Origin: an uncultured bacterium
GTDB taxonomy: Bacteria > Hydrothermota > UBA3073 > NMUJ01
Assembly (NCBI GenBank): GCA_965612795.1
Contig: CBFDTI010000030.1
Location: forward strand, 1-15,397
Length of the DNA: 15,397 nucleotides
Direction of reading: 5' to 3'
The number at the start of each line of letters is the position of its first letter. Positions within the stretch are counted from its first letter, which is position 1. The position numbers were made by a program, and so were the translations under genes. The notes beneath the pieces were generated by a model that was given only the letters and a program-made list of their open reading frames with translations, had not been told where the DNA came from and searched no databases. Of this stretch, positions 7,030-14,323 are shown piece by piece.

Positions 7030-9306
7030 ATGAAAAGCTGTTGGGTTCTGCTTCTCCTGACACAAATCGTTTGGGCAGCTCCCTCCTTAGATGTGGTAGA
7101 TCTTAGAGGCGAAGACATAAAGAACATTTTCCTTATCCTCAGCCTACAAGGGATTGTAAACAGAGATTCACCCCAACTTTATGTACTATGGGAGAGCTAT
7201 ACCGGATGTGGGGATCCATCCACTGCATGGCTTGAATACTATAAATCAAAAGGTTGGATCACCAGCTACCAGCAGATAACAATATATGAAGCACTACAGA
7301 AGTATAAAAACTATGTGAACGGGTTTGTGGTTTACGATCCCACCACTATACATTACGTAAATGTTGCATTCACAATGGCAGGCCTATACAATGTACTTGT
7401 TGCACATCCGGATCAGATTGCCGAACTTCAATCGCTTGGTATACCGCTCTACAGGGACCTCAGAGGGTTATGGAGTGATAAGATAGACGCTTACCGGTGG
7501 CAATATGATAGCCTTTTCCCACATTGCAATAAGAAGCTCATCGTTGTGGCGCACATCATGCGACCTATCAGAGATTACGCAGTTAAAGAGAAAGCAGCAA
7601 TAATAGACCTCATACCTCTACCTGATTCAACAGAGGATTACCAGCTTCTCTGTGATTATTATAGTGGGATGGACCCATTTGCGGTTGCACTTGGGTATCC
7701 CGAAACCGGTACATACGAACGGCCATGGGTGTCACTCTCGTCAAAGTATGGACTTGTATGCCTGCTGGCATGGTGCTATGCAGCTAATTTTTCCGTACAT
7801 TCCCATATGCCGGTAGCGGGTACATATTTTCAAGGCCATATTGATACATTGACGCTCGATACAACAAAAGTATATGCTGCATTTATGATGACAGATTTCG
7901 GGCTCGATATGATGCATGGAAGATATTATGATCTATGGGATACACCCGGTAGGGGGAGTGTCCCAATAAGCTGGTGGCTGGACCCAATCTGTGTAAGGTT
8001 CTGCCCGGGCATAATCCAGTATTACTACGAAACAAAAACCCATAATGACTACTTCTATGGAGCACATGGTGCGGGAAGGATAAGACCTTCTGATTTCATC
8101 TACCTTGAAAGCTTCCTCGATAAGGTGGATTCCAACCTTGCAAGCTGTGACTTACGAACGCTAGGGTTTTCCAACCACCACAAAATGGACGATAGGGTAG
8201 TCGACCTCTACACCAGAAAGCTTTCAAATTGCTGGGGTATTTACAATGGGTTTGGCCCCGAATTTGGTGACCTCAACGCCGGCAATATAAGGGTGAAGAA
8301 CGACAAAATATGGTGTATCACCGCAGTATGTGCACATAAACCCGTAGATAGTGCGGTCAGCACAATAGCTGAGTTTGTAGAAAAATTCCGCGAAAGACCC
8401 ATGTTTATGCCGGTTATGGTACTTCTATGGGATACGTTAGCACCTGATTCATTGCTTGAGATAAAGAATAGGATAGACCTGATGTATCCCAATGAGTTTG
8501 AATGGGTAAGAGCAGATGAGCTAATGATCGCAATGAAAGAGTTCATGTCGATGCTCGATCAATCCAATTATCGCTGCGACTCTATAGGGGTAATAGAGGG
8601 TACAATTATCGGGGGCGATTATCTTTCACTCCACCATAATGATGGCAGCTATCTTCAAATCGTATCGGTATGGAATGATATAGCCAATGCTTATATCACA
8701 AGCCTATGTGTAGTGTATCATATTGAAGAAGCGCGTAACAAGGTAAAAAGGTTATGGCTCACATATGATGGACATTTCTCAACCACATGCAGTAATAGTC
8801 TCGCTCTGTGGAATTACGAAACCAGTAGTTGGGATAGAATAGGAGAGCGAACTATCGCTGATACAGACTGGACACAGGAAGACGGTATCATACATAATCC
8901 ATGGGAATATGTGAGCAATAACGGTGAGGTGAAGGTACTCATCATGGGGAATAGCGATGAACCGTTCACCCATTACGTGGATTATATTCTGCTACAGGCT
9001 TTCCATTATAAAGTTACGGGTGTGGATGGGGCAAACACCACGGGGTTGAAATTATATCAGAACCCCGATAAAAAGCTGGTCCTACAATATGTTTTACCTC
9101 AACCAACATACGTGGAGATCATGATTTACAATATTCTCGGTATGCGGGTACGTACACTTGTGAACAGCTATCAACCCGCAGGTACTTATACAGTGGAGTG
9201 GAATGGTACCAACGAGTTTGGCACCCGTATCAGCCCAGGCGTGTATTTCTGTACGTTGAAGATAGGGAGTATGGTAAAAACTGCAAAACTATACATCTTG
9301 AGATAA
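7030..9306 (+). CDS. Secreted GxGYxYP-family putative glycoside hydrolase (degenerate motif) with an extra beta-rich domain and a C-terminal FlgD-Ig/T9SS-type domain
   Basis: Signal-peptide-like MKSCWVLLLLTQIVWA. LSLQGIVNRDSPQLY, GFVVYDP, IRDYAV, NFSVHS, RGSVPISWWLDP and YYYETKTHNDYF match the GxGYxYP architecture. Tail: IYNILGMRVRTL..WNGTNEFG..SPGVYFCTL. Confidence 0.75.
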   Translation: MKSCWVLLLLTQIVWAAPSLDVVDLRGEDIKNIFLILSLQGIVNRDSPQLYVLWESYTGCGDPSTAWLEYYKSKGWITSYQQITIYEALQKYKNYVNGFVVYDPTTIHYVNVAFTMAGLYNVLVAHPDQIAELQSLGIPLYRDLRGLWSDKIDAYRWQYDSLFPHCNKKLIVVAHIMRPIRDYAVKEKAAIIDLIPLPDSTEDYQLLCDYYSGMDPFAVALGYPETGTYERPWVSLSSKYGLVCLLAWCYAANFSVHSHMPVAGTYFQGHIDTLTLDTTKVYAAFMMTDFGLDMMHGRYYDLWDTPGRGSVPISWWLDPICVRFCPGIIQYYYETKTHNDYFYGAHGAGRIRPSDFIYLESFLDKVDSNLASCDLRTLGFSNHHKMDDRVVDLYTRKLSNCWGIYNGFGPEFGDLNAGNIRVKNDKIWCITAVCAHKPVDSAVSTIAEFVEKFRERPMFMPVMVLLWDTLAPDSLLEIKNRIDLMYPNEFEWVRADELMIAMKEFMSMLDQSNYRCDSIGVIEGTIIGGDYLSLHHNDGSYLQIVSVWNDIANAYITSLCVVYHIEEARNKVKRLWLTYDGHFSTTCSNSLALWNYETSSWDRIGERTIADTDWTQEDGIIHNPWEYVSNNGEVKVLIMGNSDEPFTHYVDYILLQAFHYKVTGVDGANTTGLKLYQNPDKKLVLQYVLPQPTYVEIMIYNILGMRVRTLVNSYQPAGTYTVEWNGTNEFGTRISPGVYFCTLKIGSMVKTAKLYILR

Positions 9307-9326
9307 GAGCTAACCGATACAGCTCA

Positions 9327-10169
9327 CTATCCGGCCATCAATTCGCGGATAACCTTCATATTCTTCTTGTCATCCTCAGGCTTCTTACGTGGTGTCTCCA
9401 TAATACCGGGTAATTTCGAGATATATGGATGATGTATTATGTGATAGAAGCCCTCCCTACCTATATGACCCTCACCTATATGCCAGTGACGGTCGACACG
9501 TGACCCGAGCGGTGTCTTAGAATCGTTCAGATGTACCACGTACAGCTTATCCAACCCAATAATGCGATCAAATTCATCAACCGTCTTATATACAGCATCC
9601 TTATTGCTAAGGTCATACCCCGCCTCAAATGCATGTGCAGTATCGAAGCACACCCCTATCCGAGATTTGTCGTCAACCTTATCGATTATATACTTTATCT
9701 GTTCGAAAGTGTAACCCACCTCACTACCCTGACCCGCAGTATTCTCCAGAAGCAGTATCACATCGTTTTTGACCTCACCAAGTACTATATTGATGCCTTC
9801 GATCACACGATCGAGTGCATCCTGTTCCGAAGTCTTCCCATACTTACCCACATGCATAACAAGATATGGTGCACCCAACAGCGCCGCCCGCTGTAGTTCA
9901 ACCTTCAACGAGTCAACCGACTTATTGTAAAGCTCAGCATCATCAGTACCAAGGTTGGGCAAGTATGGCATATGTACAATAAGTGGATATAGGTTTTTGG
10001 CTTCACGTTGCTTGATGAACTCCTCCGCCTCGGCGGGATCCAACTCCTCATACGCCCAACCTCTTGGATTACGTGAAAATATCTGCAGGGTCTCGCAACC
10101 CAACGCCACTGCACGTTCAACTACTTTAGACCATCCACCTCCTATCGATATATGAAAGCCTACCCTCAT
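9327..10169 (-). CDS. nfo: Endonuclease IV (AP endonuclease family 2)
   Basis: GFHISIGGG, QIFSRNPRGW, HMPYLPNL, MHVG, LLENTAGQG, CFDTAHAF, HLNDSK, DRHWHIG and METP Zn-ligand motifs. Confidence 0.95.
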   Translation of the reverse strand: MRVGFHISIGGGWSKVVERAVALGCETLQIFSRNPRGWAYEELDPAEAEEFIKQREAKNLYPLIVHMPYLPNLGTDDAELYNKSVDSLKVELQRAALLGAPYLVMHVGKYGKTSEQDALDRVIEGINIVLGEVKNDVILLLENTAGQGSEVGYTFEQIKYIIDKVDDKSRIGVCFDTAHAFEAGYDLSNKDAVYKTVDEFDRIIGLDKLYVVHLNDSKTPLGSRVDRHWHIGEGHIGREGFYHIIHHPYISKLPGIMETPRKKPEDDKKNMKVIRELMAG

Positions 10170-10693
10170 CCCTTGTAATTATAACCGAAATCGAATGCTT
10201 GCAAGTTAACATCGATAAACTTCTTTGGTACACTCGTCTTGATGGCCTCCACCAACATGTCAGGTTTAAGATAATGTGCAAATTTTGCAAAATATCCCAA
10301 CATCGCTATGTTAGCGATAATACGTAAGCCAAACTTCTCCTCAACCAACTTAGTAGCCGGGAATCCATGTATATTACCTCGGGTAACCTTTGGGGTGACC
10401 AGGTCGGCTTCAATTATCACGAGCCCGTCTTCTTTCACTTTACTTATGTACTTATCGTAACCTGCCTGTGACATTGCAATAAACACATCCGGCTCCATTG
10501 TATATGGGTAATCGACTTGCCCATCTGATATCACCACTTCCGACGAAGCTGCACCACCACGTGCCTCAGGTCCATAGTCTTGTGTCAACGTAGCGTAAAG
10601 ATTACCGTACACAGCGGCTGCCTTACCGATTATGTAGCCGCTCAACATGATGCCCTGCCCACCATAACCTGCAAGCTTTATTTCGTAACGCAT
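10166..10693 (-). CDS. korC: 2-oxoacid:ferredoxin oxidoreductase gamma subunit
   Basis: EIKLAGYGGQGIML, QDYGPEARGG..SEVVIS, ANIAMLG and NLQAFDFGY motifs. Adjacent to the alpha and beta subunit genes. Confidence 0.88.
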   Translation of the reverse strand: MRYEIKLAGYGGQGIMLSGYIIGKAAAVYGNLYATLTQDYGPEARGGAASSEVVISDGQVDYPYTMEPDVFIAMSQAGYDKYISKVKEDGLVIIEADLVTPKVTRGNIHGFPATKLVEEKFGLRIIANIAMLGYFAKFAHYLKPDMLVEAIKTSVPKKFIDVNLQAFDFGYNYKG

Positions 10694-11511
10694 TGTACAA
10701 GCCTACGATATTTATCCATGAATGTTTCACGCTCTGTGTCGACAAATTTACCCACAATTATCTTGTTGTTGATCGTAACCTCAGCAGCTTCGGGTGGCTC
10801 CTCCTTTCGTATTTTAGAGTGTTCCTTGAAGTACTTTAACATCGACACACTGTCTGGCCACTGGTTACGTCTACCAAAATTTATCGGACATTGGCTCAAC
10901 ACCTCCACAAAGCTAAACCCCTTCTTTAGTAGTGCCTCCTTTATGGAACGTTGTAACTGCCTAACATGGTATGTGGTCCATCGTGCTACATAGACTGCAC
11001 CCGCCGATACCGCAAGATGGACAAGATTGAACGGCTGCTCTATGTTACCATACGGTGAAGTGGTTGTCTTACTATCCGTAGGTGTTGTAGGTGCCATCTG
11101 TCCACCTGTCATCCCATAGTTGAAGTTATTCACACAGATGATTGTTAAATCAACATTCCTACGTGCTGCATGTATGAAATGGTTACCCCCTATGCTGAAG
11201 AGGTCACCATCACCTGCAATCACCACCACAGTGAGGTCGGGGTTCGCTATCTTCAACCCAGTCGCAAACGGTATCCCTCTACCATGGGTTGCATGGAATG
11301 TATCAAACAATAAATAACCAGGTGCACGGCTGGTACACCCGATACCGGAGACCACGACCAGCTTCTCACGTGGTATGTTGGTTTCAAGCCATCCACGCAG
11401 AAATGCACCTATCACCACACCTATGCCACAACCCGGACACCATATGTGTGGAAACCGCTCCGTCCGCAGGTATGGATCCAACGGATGTATCACCTCACGC
11501 TTGACGCTCAT
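10678..11511 (-). CDS. korB: 2-oxoacid:ferredoxin oxidoreductase beta (TPP-binding) subunit
   Basis: WCPGCG, VSGIGC, HATHGR, GDGD..IGGNHFIHAARRN, NNFNYGMTGGQ and EVLSQCP motifs. Confidence 0.92.
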   Translation of the reverse strand: MSVKREVIHPLDPYLRTERFPHIWCPGCGIGVVIGAFLRGWLETNIPREKLVVVSGIGCTSRAPGYLLFDTFHATHGRGIPFATGLKIANPDLTVVVIAGDGDLFSIGGNHFIHAARRNVDLTIICVNNFNYGMTGGQMAPTTPTDSKTTTSPYGNIEQPFNLVHLAVSAGAVYVARWTTYHVRQLQRSIKEALLKKGFSFVEVLSQCPINFGRRNQWPDSVSMLKYFKEHSKIRKEEPPEAAEVTINNKIIVGKFVDTERETFMDKYRRLVQCVTK

Positions 11512-12659
11512 TTTGCTACCTCCATTATAGCGTTGTAGATCTCCTCCTCACTGGGTAAACCACCACCGGGATGGCCAACAAATGCCAGCTTGCTATCATC
11601 TTTAAGGAGGCGCTCAACTTCAAAATAGAGCTGTTTGCAATTGAGTTCCACCATCACCCATCCCCCCACGTACCTGTCCAGTTCAACGATACGTTTCTCA
11701 GGGAACGGCCATATCGTGATGGGACGCAATAAACCCACCCTCACACCGTGTGATTTTGCCCTCCTTATGGCTGGGATAACTACACGTGCTGTTATACCAT
11801 ACGCTATGACGATGACGTCCGCATCCTTAGTATCGTGTTCCTCTATCTTTATTATCTTATCTGCATTGTTGCGTATCTTATTCACCAGACGAGTGACAAG
11901 CTTCTTCTGTGCATCACCACTCATTGCGGGGTAACCCATCTCATCATGTGTTAACCCTGTCGTATGTATGAAGTAACCATCACCCGCCTTAATTATCTCA
12001 GGTACAAGGCTATCATCTGCCAGATACGGTAGGTACTCGGCTGGCGATTTATTGGTATATTTACGTGTAACAAGCCGAATATCTTCAACCGATGGTACTA
12101 CCACCTTTTCCGTCATATGCCCTACTATTGCATCCGATAGCACTATCACTGGTACACGATACATTTCGGCAAGATTAAACGCCTCTATGGTGAGGTCGAA
12201 CATCTCTTGTGGTGAGTTAGGTGCAAGTGCAATAACCTCGTAATCACCGTGGCTACCCCATCTTGCTTGCATCACATCCTGTTGTGCCCATAACGTAGGT
12301 AACCCCGTAGATGGGCCACCACGCTGCACATTTATTAATACCACCGGGGTTTCCATCATCGCCGCCAACCCTATGCTCTCCATCATTAGCGAAATACCGG
12401 GCCCGCTTGTGGCTGTCATCGCTTTGGCACCAGCCCATGACGCACCTATTATTGTCACTGCAGAAGCAATCTCATCCTCCATCTGTATAAATACACCACC
12501 AACCTCAGGTAACCTTCTCGCCATATGCTCCATAATCTCAGAAGATGGTGTTATGGGATAACCCGCAAAGACATTACATCCAGCAGCTATACCACCCTCG
12601 GCGCAGGCAATATCGCCTTGCCAGAAATGTGTACCTGTTAAGACCCTTCTGTTAGACAT
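11508..12659 (-). CDS. korA: 2-oxoacid:ferredoxin oxidoreductase alpha subunit
   Basis: FAGYPITPSSEI, QMEDEIAS, TATSGPGISLM, VQRGGPSTGLPT, WGSHGD and ITIWPFP motifs. Substrate specificity cannot be fixed from sequence alone. Confidence 0.92.
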   Translation of the reverse strand: MSNRRVLTGTHFWQGDIACAEGGIAAGCNVFAGYPITPSSEIMEHMARRLPEVGGVFIQMEDEIASAVTIIGASWAGAKAMTATSGPGISLMMESIGLAAMMETPVVLINVQRGGPSTGLPTLWAQQDVMQARWGSHGDYEVIALAPNSPQEMFDLTIEAFNLAEMYRVPVIVLSDAIVGHMTEKVVVPSVEDIRLVTRKYTNKSPAEYLPYLADDSLVPEIIKAGDGYFIHTTGLTHDEMGYPAMSGDAQKKLVTRLVNKIRNNADKIIKIEEHDTKDADVIVIAYGITARVVIPAIRRAKSHGVRVGLLRPITIWPFPEKRIVELDRYVGGWVMVELNCKQLYFEVERLLKDDSKLAFVGHPGGGLPSEEEIYNAIMEVAK

Positions 12660-13501
12660 TTTTGGTACGATTCTTTAGCTTTATAACTACTACGTACGAA
12701 TGTACCCGCAACAGTGGCCTTAAATCCCAGCTGCTTACCCCATTCCTCGTATTTCCTGAATGTATCGGGATGTACGTAACGATCTACCGGTAGATGCCAT
12801 CGAGTTGGCCGTAAATATTGCCCTATAGTGATTATATCGACACCTACATCACGTAGATCCTTCATAGCTGAATAGACCTCAGCATCAGTTTCACCCAACC
12901 CCACCATTATGCCAGACTTGGTCACCTGGTCGGGTTTAACCCCTTTTATGAAACGTAGCACATCCAATGAACGTCTGTACGAAGCTTGTGGTCGCACAAT
13001 TGGGGTCAACCGCTCCACAGTCTCAATGTTATGGTTTAATACCTCCACATTCAATGCAATGATCTGCTCAATTGCTGAAGTGTTGAATTTAAAATCTGGT
13101 ATAAGTAGCTCCAACTTAATATGAGGTAACCTTTGCCTTAATCTATGTACAACTTCAACAAAATGGTGCGCACCACCATCTTGCAGGTCATCCCGTGTTA
13201 CGGAGGTGATAACCACATAATCTAGGCGCATCTCTTCCACCAGGCATGCAATACGTTCTGGTTCCATTGGATCTACAGGTTTGGGGACACCGGTTTTTAC
13301 TGCACAGAAATGGCAACCCCTTGTACATATATCACCCAATATTAAAAATGTCGCTGTCTTGTTACGATAACACTCAACAATGTTGGGACAACGTGCCTCC
13401 TCACATATGGTATGGAGCTGTGCATCATGTAGCGATTGGTACAGTGGATCGTGGTTCGGAGATACAAAGTGCCGCTCCTTAATCCATGACGGAAGATGCA
13501 T
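12638..13501 (-). CDS. lipA: Lipoyl synthase (radical SAM)
   Basis: Auxiliary-cluster CEEARCPNIVEC (CX4CX5C), radical SAM CTRGCHFC, ITSVTRDDL, NHNIETV, KSGIMVGLGE, TIGQYLRP and VRSSY. The start is probably ATG 13501 (GAGG 9 nt upstream); TTG 13516 is an alternative. Confidence 0.95.
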   Translation of the reverse strand: MHLPSWIKERHFVSPNHDPLYQSLHDAQLHTICEEARCPNIVECYRNKTATFLILGDICTRGCHFCAVKTGVPKPVDPMEPERIACLVEEMRLDYVVITSVTRDDLQDGGAHHFVEVVHRLRQRLPHIKLELLIPDFKFNTSAIEQIIALNVEVLNHNIETVERLTPIVRPQASYRRSLDVLRFIKGVKPDQVTKSGIMVGLGETDAEVYSAMKDLRDVGVDIITIGQYLRPTRWHLPVDRYVHPDTFRKYEEWGKQLGFKATVAGTFVRSSYKAKESYQKCLTEGS

Positions 13502-13910
13502 CTTTTTTAGCCTCAACCAGTACCAACTTACCGTGTGCAGCCGCTAAACGCACACCTCTTTTATCTTCTATCCATGATTCACCGTATAATATGCGTTTTT
13601 TCTTTCCCGTGATACGACCTATAACCTTTAGGGGTTCACCTATCGGTATGGGTTTCTTGAACCGCACCTCTAAGCTTGCAGTCACTGTAACACCTTCAGG
13701 CTTAGATGCCCATGCTAAGGCTTCGTCCAACAACGTTGCCACTATGCCACCATGAAGCACCCCATTATAGCCCTGATATTCACGTTTGGGTAAAAAGGAT
13801 GCCTCAACCCTCTCCCCATACTGTTTGAACTTAAGCTGTAACCCTATGGGGTTTCTGGTACCACATGCGAAACAGTAACCATCATCTACCAAACGTGTTA
13901 AGTCGAGCAT
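13479..13910 (-). CDS. PaaI-family hotdog-fold acyl-CoA thioesterase
   Basis: CFACGTRNPIGL, YQGYNGVLHGGIVATLLDEA and VTASLEVRFKKP motifs. Start placed at ATG 13910, because the longer GTG start lies within the predicted promoter. Confidence 0.85.
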   Translation of the reverse strand: MLDLTRLVDDGYCFACGTRNPIGLQLKFKQYGERVEASFLPKREYQGYNGVLHGGIVATLLDEALAWASKPEGVTVTASLEVRFKKPIPIGEPLKVIGRITGKKKRILYGESWIEDKRGVRLAAAHGKLVLVEAKKDASSVMD

Positions 13911-13916
13911 CCTCTT

Positions 13917-13944
13917 TAAATAGTGGAAGTACACGTTTTGTCAA
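13917..13944 (-). promoter_or_regulatory. Putative sigma70 promoter for the thioesterase-lipA-korABC-nfo operon
   Basis: The minus strand reads TTGACA (13944-13939), 16 nt, TATTTA (13922-13917). Perfect -35, imperfect -10. Confidence 0.5.
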
Positions 13945-13948
13945 GATA

Positions 13949-13970
13949 TTAACATTTCATGAAAGGTTGA
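13949..13970. promoter_or_regulatory. Palindromic candidate operator between the divergent promoters
   Basis: TTAACA-TTTCATGAAA-GGTTGA: a perfect 10-bp core at 13955-13964 and two mismatched pairs over 22 bp. Confidence 0.35.
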
Positions 13971-13994
13971 CCCAACTCATATGTACATTATTTT
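13967..13994 (+). promoter_or_regulatory. Putative sigma70 promoter for the rpsF operon
   Basis: TTGACC (13967-13972), 16 nt, TATTTT (13989-13994). Confidence 0.5.
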
Positions 13995-13999
13995 AAAGT

Positions 14000-14323
14000 A
14001 TGGATGAGGCAAAAATGCTATACGAATTAGCGATTATCTTGGACGCTGAGCTCGAAGACGATAAGGTACAGGATGAGCTCAGTAAGATCCGTGAATGGAT
14101 CGAATCCAAAGGTGGTCACGTACAGGGTATAGAGGAATGGGGACGCAGGGAACTCGCATACCCTATCAAGAAGCGTGAACAGGGGTATTACGCATTTGTA
14201 TACTTTGAGGCACCACCTCCGATGTCACTCGAACTACGTGAGCACCTACGTATGGCCCCCAACATACTAAGGTTTCGTATCTTTAAAACTGAAAAGTTAA
14301 GTAAGGAGGCACATGCAGTATAG
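14000..14323 (+). CDS. rpsF: 30S ribosomal protein S6
   Basis: YELAIIL, EEWGRRELAYPIKK..GYY and ILRF motifs. First gene of rpsF-ssb-rpsR-rplI. The start is either ATG 14000 or ATG 14015 (GAGG upstream). Confidence 0.95.
   Translation: MDEAKMLYELAIILDAELEDDKVQDELSKIREWIESKGGHVQGIEEWGRRELAYPIKKREQGYYAFVYFEAPPPMSLELREHLRMAPNILRFRIFKTEKLSKEAHAV

Noticed and set aside
4632..9413. Short ORFs within or overlapping the two secreted-protein genes, including 9198-9413
   Set aside because: No motifs recognised; they overlap long coherent CDSs. 9198-9413 is an off-frame read of the sorting domain running antisense into nfo.
9531..13755. Plus-strand and off-frame ORFs over nfo, korABC, lipA and the thioesterase, checked as a possible hidden ferredoxin
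   Set aside because: None has a CxxCxxC ferredoxin motif or other recognisable signature; they are codon-bias shadows.
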